Source of the DNA: Puniceicoccaceae bacterium
GTDB taxonomy: Bacteria; Verrucomicrobiota; Verrucomicrobiia; Opitutales; Oceanipulchritudinaceae
Assembly: GCA_040830765.1 (NCBI GenBank)
Contig: JBFOMH010000004.1
Span: 238,717 to 302,716 of the forward strand
Direction of reading: 5' to 3'
DNA length: 64,000 nt
The translations under genes and the position numbers were made by a program. The notes under the pieces are model-generated. The model saw only the letters and a program-made list of their open reading frames with translations, was not told the origin of the DNA and made no database searches. Positions 56,921 through 64,000 of this stretch are shown here, one piece after another (the stretch's first letter is position 1; every line of letters begins with the position of its first letter).

Positions 56921-58168
56921 ATGAATAGCTTATTACTACTCGTTGCCATTCTCCTGATCCTCAAGACCGGCGCGGAAATCTGGCTCGATCTGCTGAACCG
57001 CAAGCGTGTCCTTGAGGAAGCCGGGGAAGTTCCCGAAGCCTACCGGGACTTCATCGATGAGCCGACTTATGACAAGTCGGTGGCCTACACGCTCGCCAAG
57101 AACCGCCTCGGCGTCTTTGAGACCCTTTACGATGCCCTCATTCTGGCGGTGGTCCTTTTCTCAGGATTCCTTCCTTATGCCTGGGAAACCGCTACTGGTC
57201 TCATAGGGACCGGTGTCTGGGGGCAGGCTGCATCCCTGTTCCTGGTCTTCACCGTGCTCTCCATTCCGGGTATGCCCTTTGAATGGTACCACCAATTCCG
57301 GCTTGAGGAGAAATTCGGCTTCAATAAAAGCACCATTGGTCTCTGGCTTACGGACAAGGTCAAGGGAATGGCCATTGCTGCGGTTATCGGGATTCCAGCC
57401 CTGGCGTTTCTTGTCTGGCTGGTCGGTTCTACCCAATTTTGGTGGCTTTGGGGATTTGCCTGCTTCTTCATCTTCCAGCTTATGATGGTGGTCATCTATC
57501 CGATGTTCATCATGCCCTTATTCAACAAATTTGAAGAATTGCCCGAGGGTCCCCTGCGCGAGCGCCTCATGAGTCTCAGCGACCGGACTGGATTCCAGGC
57601 CCGGACTATCCTCGTCATGGATGGCAGTCGCCGTTCCGGTCATTCCAACGCCTATTTCACCGGCTTCGGCCGCTTCCGTCGCATTGTGCTCTATGATACC
57701 CTTATCGAGCAGATGCAGGAGCGCCAGCTGGAGTCTGTCCTGGCCCACGAGATCGGTCACTATAAACTCGGACACATCCCGAAGATTCTCCTCATCGCCG
57801 GCGTCTCCCTGTTTGTCAGCTTCCTCGTCCTCGGCTGGCTCCAGCAAAGCCCCTGGTTTGTCGAAGCCTTTGGATTCACGGCCTCCGGAGCGATTGGCCC
57901 GGTGGTCCTCCTTTTCGGGCTCCTTGCCGGTCTTGTTTCCTTCTGGATGTCACCGTTGACCAACGCCCTCTCCAGAAAGCACGAATATGAGGCCGATGCC
58001 TTTGCCCGTAAGGCTTTGGAGGATGACCCCCAGCCTCTGGTCCAGGCCCTGCGGGTCCTTAGCGAGAAGAATCTCAGCAACCTGACACCACATCCCCTCT
58101 TCAGCGCTTTCCATTATTCGCATCCGACTCTCCTCGAGCGCGAGCGTTCGCTCTTTCAGGAGGGGTGA
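56921..58168 (+). CDS. M48 (Ste24-type) membrane zinc metallopeptidase
   Basis: Motifs [31 protein letters not shown] and YSHP. Confidence 0.92.
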   Translation: MNSLLLLVAILLILKTGAEIWLDLLNRKRVLEEAGEVPEAYRDFIDEPTYDKSVAYTLAKNRLGVFETLYDALILAVVLFSGFLPYAWETATGLIGTGVWGQAASLFLVFTVLSIPGMPFEWYHQFRLEEKFGFNKSTIGLWLTDKVKGMAIAAVIGIPALAFLVWLVGSTQFWWLWGFACFFIFQLMMVVIYPMFIMPLFNKFEELPEGPLRERLMSLSDRTGFQARTILVMDGSRRSGHSNAYFTGFGRFRRIVLYDTLIEQMQERQLESVLAHEIGHYKLGHIPKILLIAGVSLFVSFLVLGWLQQSPWFVEAFGFTASGAIGPVVLLFGLLAGLVSFWMSPLTNALSRKHEYEADAFARKALEDDPQPLVQALRVLSEKNLSNLTPHPLFSAFHYSHPTLLERERSLFQEG

Positions 58169-59004
58169 GGTGGCTTCTTCTTTTCCTGGCTCTCGTTGCG
58201 GCTGCCATTCCTTCCAGGGCAGTTGTTGAAGAGCCATCTGTGGCGACTTGGAATATCCGCAACCTGGGCATCGTCGACCGCTTCGAGGAAGGGCGCTACC
58301 GGCTGGCCTATCCGATGCCGGAGTCCCGCAAGCAGTCGGTCCGCCAACTCCTGTTAATGGAACGCCCCACGATTCTCTTTCTCCAGGAGGTGGGCTCGCC
58401 CGCCTTTCTTGAGGAGTTGCGCCTCGACCTCGCCGCCGAGGGACTGGTCTACACCGACTTTGCCTTTTCCGGCCATCCCGATAGCCGGACCGGGTTGGCC
58501 GTCCTTTCCCAGATCGCCCTGGCCGAGGTTGTCTTTCATCAGCCAGGGCCTATCCGGCGCGGTGTTCAGGAAGTCGCACTCTGTATCAATGGTACCCGCT
58601 ACCGCTTTTTCCACATCCATCTCAAGAGCCGCTATTCAACGGATCCTGAAGACCCCGACGCTTTCCAGGAGCGGCAGGCTGGAGTCCTTGCCCTGGCGGA
58701 ATTCCTCCAATTCCAATCGGAACGCCGCCCAGCCGCCACCCTGGCTCTTCTCGGTGACTTCAATACGCCCTTCCACGACCCGCTCCTCGACCCACTCCTG
58801 GAGTTCTGGCAACCTCTGCCGGCCGCTGACGGTGCAGGCCAGATATGGACTTACTTCCACTTCCGTTCCGGCTCCCGGGAACGCCTCGACGGATTCTGGT
58901 CACCCCGCTCCCAGCCACCACCGCTCCTCCCCGCACAGGTCCTTCCCATGACGGATTGTCCCTCCGACCACCGCCTCCTCATCGCCCCCCTCTTTTTTCC
59001 ATAA
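58165..59004 (+). CDS. Exported endonuclease/exonuclease/phosphatase-family protein
   Basis: Signal peptide; motifs ATWNI.N, LQEV, HLKS, LGDFN and SDH. Confidence 0.85.
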   Translation: MRWLLLFLALVAAAIPSRAVVEEPSVATWNIRNLGIVDRFEEGRYRLAYPMPESRKQSVRQLLLMERPTILFLQEVGSPAFLEELRLDLAAEGLVYTDFAFSGHPDSRTGLAVLSQIALAEVVFHQPGPIRRGVQEVALCINGTRYRFFHIHLKSRYSTDPEDPDAFQERQAGVLALAEFLQFQSERRPAATLALLGDFNTPFHDPLLDPLLEFWQPLPAADGAGQIWTYFHFRSGSRERLDGFWSPRSQPPPLLPAQVLPMTDCPSDHRLLIAPLFFP

Positions 59005-59038
59005 TTTGACTTGCCCTCGCCTCCTTAATGACAATTGA

Positions 59039-60022
59039 ATGCCATTAATGGAAATAAACTGGGAAACGGGAAAAATACGATGGGTGCTGCTTGTGGCGGG
59101 GATACTGCTACCGGCGATGATGCAGGGGGAGCGTCCGCTGACGCTGCAGGTGGGCTTTGAGGATCTGGCCCTTGAGGGCAACGGGGTGCAGACCTACGCT
59201 GGACCTGGAGGAGGTGTCTATTTTAACGGTTCGGATGGTCAGGGCGGCTTTGCCAGTGAGGGAGCCTTTTTCGTGAATACATTCACCGACTGGGGCAATG
59301 GATTCACGTCCTGGGGAGGCTGGGCCTATTCAACCACGAGCGACGTGGAAACGGGGGGATTCCTCAATGAATTCAGTGCCTTTTCCGGGGGACCGGCGCA
59401 AGGCACGACCTATGCGGTGGCCTATGTTGACAGTTTCTCAGGCCTGGACCCGCTGGAGATCGCCTTGCCTGCCGGCTGGAAGGCCCCGCAGCAGGTGACG
59501 GTAACCAACACGACTTATGCGGCGCTGGCCATCCGGGATGGCATCAGCGGGGATTTTCCGGTCGATCCATTTTCGACAAACGACACCTTCAAGCTGACGA
59601 TTACAGGCAAGGACCGCACCGGGGCGACGACGGGCACAGTGGAGTATTACCTGGCCGATTACCGGGGCGATGGGGAGTCTCCCTTTCTTCTGGAGACCTG
59701 GCAGCCGGTGGATTTGAGCACTTTGGGTACCGCCGTGTCCTCCCTGGCGCTGAGCCTGGAATCGACCGATGTTGGTCAATTCGGCATGAACACCCCGGCC
59801 TATGTGGCCATCGACGACCTGATCCTTGGGGCAACGCCCCTGTGGGCACGGTTTGATCAAGACGTCAGCGGGTGGGTCGAAACCGGATCGTTCCTGGGCT
59901 GGATATACCCGGAAAGTGACTTTTATGCCTACGTCTATTCGCTTGAGCGCTACGTCTACCTGACGGAAGAGGCGGCATCAGAGGAAAGCGGGGCCTGGAT
60001 TTATGTTCCCAGCGGGGATTAA
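59039..60022 (+). CDS. DUF4465-like secreted protein with a C-terminal aromatic domain
   Basis: Motifs SWGGWAYS, YAVAY, VTNTTYA, F.LTITG, YLADYR, W..VDLS.LG and S.D.GQFGMNTPAY.AIDDL are typical of DUF4465; followed by a ~60-aa aromatic tail. Confidence 0.8.
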   Translation: MPLMEINWETGKIRWVLLVAGILLPAMMQGERPLTLQVGFEDLALEGNGVQTYAGPGGGVYFNGSDGQGGFASEGAFFVNTFTDWGNGFTSWGGWAYSTTSDVETGGFLNEFSAFSGGPAQGTTYAVAYVDSFSGLDPLEIALPAGWKAPQQVTVTNTTYAALAIRDGISGDFPVDPFSTNDTFKLTITGKDRTGATTGTVEYYLADYRGDGESPFLLETWQPVDLSTLGTAVSSLALSLESTDVGQFGMNTPAYVAIDDLILGATPLWARFDQDVSGWVETGSFLGWIYPESDFYAYVYSLERYVYLTEEAASEESGAWIYVPSGD

Positions 60023-60075
60023 GGACCGCTAAGAAAGAGCCTTGTCACAAGCTTTGCATGAGGCAGCATGGCCCC

Positions 60076-60504
60076 ATGTCAGATGAAAAGATTCCGGGCT
60101 CCGGGAGTGAGGAGCAAAGCAAGACCCATGGCGAAAACTGGCTGATTCACTTTACCAAGGCCTTCGGTTACTCGATGGCTGGAATCGGGGCCACCTTCAA
60201 GCTGGAGATGGCCTTCCGGATGGAGCTGGCAGCGTTCGTGATTCTGGTTCCGACGGCCCTCCTGCTGCCCCTGGGACTCGTATTCAAAGCCCTTGTGCTG
60301 GGCAGCATGTTTCTTGTCCTGGTGACGGAACTCCTCAATTCGGCCTTGGAGTGGATCGTGGATTACATTTCCACGGACCACCATCTTTACGCCAAGCGGG
60401 CCAAGGACATGGGGAGTGCGGCGGTCTTTTTTGCCCTTGTCAACGCCGGTGCAATGTGGGGCTTTGCCCTCTACGACTGGCTGGGCTGCTGCTGGTTGAG
60501 TTGA
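60076..60504 (+). CDS. dgkA: Diacylglycerol kinase
   Basis: AFGYS.AG...E.AFR.E, ELLNSALE..VD and AKRAKDMGSAAV. Confidence 0.92.
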   Translation: MSDEKIPGSGSEEQSKTHGENWLIHFTKAFGYSMAGIGATFKLEMAFRMELAAFVILVPTALLLPLGLVFKALVLGSMFLVLVTELLNSALEWIVDYISTDHHLYAKRAKDMGSAAVFFALVNAGAMWGFALYDWLGCCWLS

Positions 60505-60527
60505 TTCAGACCCAATCCCGGAAACGG

Positions 60528-61481
60528 ATGAATCCCTCGTTTACCAGTGTCATTGGGGCGGCCCTGCCGGTGTTCCTTTTGCTGGGGCTTGGATATGTGC
60601 TGAGGAAGGGCAAGGTGGTTGCCGAGACAGCGGATACGTCTCTCCTCAAGCTGCTGGTTAGCGTCTTCTACCCCTGCCTCTATCTCGACTACATTATCGG
60701 AAATCCCGCACTGATGAGTGTTGGAAACCTGGTATCGGCTCCCTTGATCGGGTTTGTCTCCATAGTGGCCGGTTTTGCCATTGCCTACGGAGTGGCCCGT
60801 CTACTGGGCCTGCAAAGGGGAACCGGATTACGGACCTTCTCCTTCTGCAACGGCATTTACAACTATGGCTACATCCCCATCCCCATCATTATGGCCCTTT
60901 TCGCCAGCCGGGAGACCCTCGGCGTCCTGCTGGTATACAATGTCGGGGTGGAAGCAGCCATGTGGACCGCCGGTATCATGCTCCTCGCTGGAAAAATTGA
61001 CCGGGAGTCCCTCAAGCGTCTTGTCAATCCTCCGGTTGTTGCCCTGCTGGTTGCGCTTCTGGTTAACCTGACCGGATTGGATGGACATATGCCCGGATGG
61101 CTATCCCGGCCCATTTCCATGCTGGGAGCTTGCAGTATTCCCCTTGGTATCCTTTTAGGTGGTGCCATGGTGGCGGACCTGCTGACCCGCAAGGGCATTT
61201 TTGACATGCCGAAGATACCGCTTGGGTCAATTGGTGTGCGGCTCGGGATCCTGCCGATCCTGTTTGTCTTTTTCGCTGCCACCCTGCCGGGCCTGTCACC
61301 GGAGTTGCGTCAGGTAATGATCATCCAGGCCGCCATGCCGGCAGGCATCCTCCCAATTGTCCTTTCCCGCCATTACGGGGGTGAACCAAAGGTGGCCATA
61401 CGAGTCGTTCTGGCCACTACCCTGGCATCGATCATCACGATGCCACTGTGGATCCGGATCGGGACAGCTGTTGTCTTTTAG
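60528..61481 (+). CDS. AEC (auxin efflux carrier/malate permease) family transporter
   Basis: About 10 TM segments; motifs PVF...LGY, N.GYIPIP, NPP..A, QAAMP and TTL.S..T.P.W. Confidence 0.85.
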   Translation: MNPSFTSVIGAALPVFLLLGLGYVLRKGKVVAETADTSLLKLLVSVFYPCLYLDYIIGNPALMSVGNLVSAPLIGFVSIVAGFAIAYGVARLLGLQRGTGLRTFSFCNGIYNYGYIPIPIIMALFASRETLGVLLVYNVGVEAAMWTAGIMLLAGKIDRESLKRLVNPPVVALLVALLVNLTGLDGHMPGWLSRPISMLGACSIPLGILLGGAMVADLLTRKGIFDMPKIPLGSIGVRLGILPILFVFFAATLPGLSPELRQVMIIQAAMPAGILPIVLSRHYGGEPKVAIRVVLATTLASIITMPLWIRIGTAVVF

Positions 61482-61502
61482 TCCCGCCTCGCATTGAGCC
61501 GA

Positions 61503-62363
61503 TCAATCGTAGAAGAGGGTGGACCAGCGACCGGTGGCGCTCAATTCCTTCTTGATGTCGCCCCACTGCTCCTCGGAACCGGCAAGCTCACTGAGGGTCT
61601 TGTCGAGACGGCCCTCCAGTCGTGATAATCCCGATACATAAACGTAGGTTTTGGGATCCTGGATCAAGCTCCAGATTTCCTTGGAGTGTTCCTTGATGGA
61701 TTCCTCGACCTGTTCCGGCTCACCGACATGGGGCCGGGGGCTGATGGCCTCAAAGGCCTTGAACGTCTCCTTGTCGTAATAATTGCTCAGGTCGTCGTTC
61801 TTGTCGTTCATGTAGAGCAGGTCCATCCCGGTGCGGGCACCGTAGAAGAGGCGGACCTGGCCTTTCCATTCCTTGCGCTCATCGTATATGTGCTTGATGA
61901 AGGCACGGAAGGGGGCAATGCCCGTCCCGACCCCAATCATCAGCATGTTGCTGGTATTGTCGCGCGGTGGCAGGAACTGGCGACCATAGGGACCGGTCAG
62001 TTGAATCGTGTCGCCGGGCTTGGCGTCACAAAGGAAATTGGAAGCCACGCCGGGGAAGCGCTCCCCACTGACATCGTCGATGTAAAAGCAGCGTCGCACA
62101 CAGATGGAAATCTCGGCCAGGTTGCTCGATTCGCCCTGGCGGGAACTGGCGATGGAGTAGAGCCGCAGGTGGTATTCGTTGCCGAAGGCGTGGGGACCTG
62201 GAACGAGGACGCCAATGCTCTGTCCCTCGACAAAGTGGAAGGTCGCGTCCGAGATGCTGAGGACGATGTGACGGACCTCGTCGGTTGAATCATCCGTGAT
62301 CCGTTCGGACTTCACGACTGTGGCTTGATAGGGGTGACTGATATCGTACTCGGTAAGCTTCAT
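61503..62363 (-). CDS. Plant-type ferredoxin/flavodoxin-NADP+ reductase-like flavoprotein
   Basis: Motifs EGQSIGV, RLYSIAS, CVRR, GVASNFLC, TGPYG and GTGIAPFR; start at MKLTEYD. Confidence 0.85.
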   Translation of the reverse strand: MKLTEYDISHPYQATVVKSERITDDSTDEVRHIVLSISDATFHFVEGQSIGVLVPGPHAFGNEYHLRLYSIASSRQGESSNLAEISICVRRCFYIDDVSGERFPGVASNFLCDAKPGDTIQLTGPYGRQFLPPRDNTSNMLMIGVGTGIAPFRAFIKHIYDERKEWKGQVRLFYGARTGMDLLYMNDKNDDLSNYYDKETFKAFEAISPRPHVGEPEQVEESIKEHSKEIWSLIQDPKTYVYVSGLSRLEGRLDKTLSELAGSEEQWGDIKKELSATGRWSTLFYD

Positions 62364-62418
62364 GATGTTTATTCCTGAATGAAGTGATAGTATCTGCTGT
62401 AAAGTGGTTTGGCTATGA

Positions 62419-62646
62419 TTATTGTTTCTGGTTCTTGTTCTTGAAGGCCTGCTTGAGGGCTTCCTTGGGGCAGGCACCCTTGTCCTTGCAGAGGCAGAAA
62501 AGGCCACCGCAGCCGCCACCCTCCTCGCGGGCCGGACCAAACTCCGGATGGCGCGCGGCAAACAGCCTCGACAGGTGTTGCACGGCAATCCACCCGGCCA
62601 TCAGGCCGAGGATGATGAGAACGGTAATGAGGTACTTGGTGATCAT
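62419..62646 (-). CDS. Small single-TM Cys-rich protein (NqrM-like)
   Basis: N-terminal TM helix followed by GGGCGGLFCLC-x5-C; begins 6 bp after the rnfA stop. Confidence 0.65.
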   Translation of the reverse strand: MITKYLITVLIILGLMAGWIAVQHLSRLFAARHPEFGPAREEGGGCGGLFCLCKDKGACPKEALKQAFKNKNQKQ

Positions 62647-62652
62647 TGAAAG

Positions 62653-63234
62653 TTATCCTCCCAGTCCGGCGAATCCCATGAAGGCGAGGGAGAGCATGCC
62701 ACCGAGCATCAGGCTGAGGGCTGCCCCCTTGCTGACGTCCGGCACATCGGCCAGCTCCAGCTTTTCCCGCAGTCCCGCCATAAGGACGAGGGCAAGGGTG
62801 AAGCCGACGCCGGCCCCGACGCTGAAGGCGAGGCACTGCACGAAGTTGTATTCGCGGTTGGTCTGGAAAAGGGCGAGGCCGAGAATGGCGCAGTTGGTCG
62901 TAATCAGGGGCAGGAATATCCCGAGGGTCCTGAAGAGGGCCGGGCTAACCTTCTTGATGGTCATCTCCACCAATTGCACCGCCGAGGCGATGACCGCAAT
63001 GTAGCTGATGAGACGCAGGAACTCGAGGTCGTAGCGGACGAGGATGGCGTTGATCCCGTAGGCGCAACTGGAGCTCACCAGCATGACGAAGATAACTGCC
63101 AGCCCCATGTTCCAGGCTGTGTTGATTTTGCCCGAGACCCCGAGGAAGGGGCAAATCCCGAGGAACATCGCCAGAACGAAATTGTTAATCAGGAAGGCGT
63201 TGAGAAAAATGAAGGTCAGTGAATCAGGCTGCAT
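62653..63234 (-). CDS. rnfA: Rnf electron transport complex subunit A
   Basis: Motifs [32 protein letters not shown] and GLRE.LE. Confidence 0.93.
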   Translation of the reverse strand: MQPDSLTFIFLNAFLINNFVLAMFLGICPFLGVSGKINTAWNMGLAVIFVMLVSSSCAYGINAILVRYDLEFLRLISYIAVIASAVQLVEMTIKKVSPALFRTLGIFLPLITTNCAILGLALFQTNREYNFVQCLAFSVGAGVGFTLALVLMAGLREKLELADVPDVSKGAALSLMLGGMLSLAFMGFAGLGG

Positions 63235-63886
63235 GGGCTACCTCCTCTTCCTTGGCCGCTTGGGCACGTTGCTTGCGTTGGCGGAAGACAGCGAAGATGA
63301 AAAGCCAGAAGGCGAGGACGAAGAATCCTCCCGGGGGCAGGACAAAGACCACCCAGGGCTGGAAGGAGGGTCCAAAGAGGTCGAAGCCGAAGAGGCTGCC
63401 GCTGCCAAGGACTTCCCGGACAACCCCGAGGCAAAGCAGGGCGAAGGTGAATCCGACTCCCATGCCAAGGGCATTCACGAATGCGTTCACCACCGGATTC
63501 TTGGAAGCATAGGCCTCGGCGCGCCCAAGAATCACACAATTGACGACGATCAGCTGGATAAAGGCCCCGAGCGCCTTGTAGAGATCCAGGCTGATGGCCT
63601 GGATGGCGTAGTCGGTAATGGTGACAAAGGTGGCGATAATGATGATGTAAGAAGCAATGCGGACCTGCTTGGGGATAAAATTCCGCAGCAGGGAGACGAG
63701 CACGCCCGAACAAAGAAGGACAAAGGTCGTCGCCAGTCCCATGGCGAGGGAGTTCATGGCGGTGTTGGTCACGGCCAGGACCGGGCACAGGCCCAGCAAC
63801 ATGACAAAGACGGGATTTTCCCGCCACAGGCCCACCATGAAGGTGTCCCCGCTCAGGGGTTCCGGCAATCGTGGATCGCGTACCAT
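63224..63886 (-). CDS. rnfE: Rnf electron transport complex subunit E
   Basis: Motifs [37 protein letters not shown] and LPPGGF. Confidence 0.93.
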   Translation of the reverse strand: MVRDPRLPEPLSGDTFMVGLWRENPVFVMLLGLCPVLAVTNTAMNSLAMGLATTFVLLCSGVLVSLLRNFIPKQVRIASYIIIIATFVTITDYAIQAISLDLYKALGAFIQLIVVNCVILGRAEAYASKNPVVNAFVNALGMGVGFTFALLCLGVVREVLGSGSLFGFDLFGPSFQPWVVFVLPPGGFFVLAFWLFIFAVFRQRKQRAQAAKEEEVAHAA

Positions 63887-63911
63887 CCGTTATGCCCTTT
63901 CAAGTTGCTGT

Positions 63912-64000
63912 TCATGGATTGAGAGGTGTGTTGAGGGATTCCTTGTAGCGCTCCCGCAGCGGGAGCATTTCCATTGTGCTTTTACGCCGGCCGTCTCCAA
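63912..64000 (-). CDS. Probable 3' end of an upstream rnf gene (likely rnfG), truncated by the window edge
   Basis: Open frame ...GDGRRKSTMEMLPLRERYKESLNTPLNP* ending at 63912. Identity is inferred only from the usual rnfDGEA order. Confidence 0.35.
   Translation of the reverse strand, partial: GDGRRKSTMEMLPLRERYKESLNTPLNP

Noticed and set aside
62364..62588. Cys-containing N-terminal extension (MPCNTCRGC...) of the FNR, suggesting a ferredoxin fusion
   Set aside because: It is an alternative frame of the small TM-protein gene plus intergenic DNA. FNR homology starts at MKLTEYD (62363), after a CAGGAA RBS-like sequence.

Overview
This is a GC-rich bacterial chromosomal segment, most likely from Verrucomicrobiota (class Opitutia). 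The assignment is inferred from the TonB-receptor N-terminus 'VFELSPFEV..DVGYLSTNSTSGT' and a Y-x-x-x-x-S-x-D-L-x-x-W module. Most of the window is housekeeping: gatCAB, lysA, sdhCAB, rny, gmk, ftsK, proB, frr, pyrH, tRNA-Gln(UUG), ugd, pyrG, kdsA, dxs, xseB, dgkA and the end of an rnf operon. An accessory uronate-polysaccharide utilisation region, most likely for alginate, spans about 27.3-51.6 kb. It encodes a GH88, a PL15-like oligoalginate lyase, a DEH-reductase-like SDR, an atypical LacI regulator, a 1399-aa TonB-dependent receptor with a secreted partner protein, a multimodular PL6 lyase, a beta-helix enzyme and a ToaA-like Na+/solute symporter. Two patterns stand out. (1) A 14-bp AT-only palindrome (consensus TTAATAATTATTAA) sits at six promoters of this system, defining a regulon. 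(2) Five unrelated secreted proteins end in a Trp/Tyr/Gly-rich C-terminal domain, in a short ~60-aa and a long ~100-aa form, that behaves like an undescribed protein-sorting or surface-anchoring signal. I saw no CRISPR array, rRNA, integrase or transposase. All product calls come from motif recognition by eye; no database searches were run.
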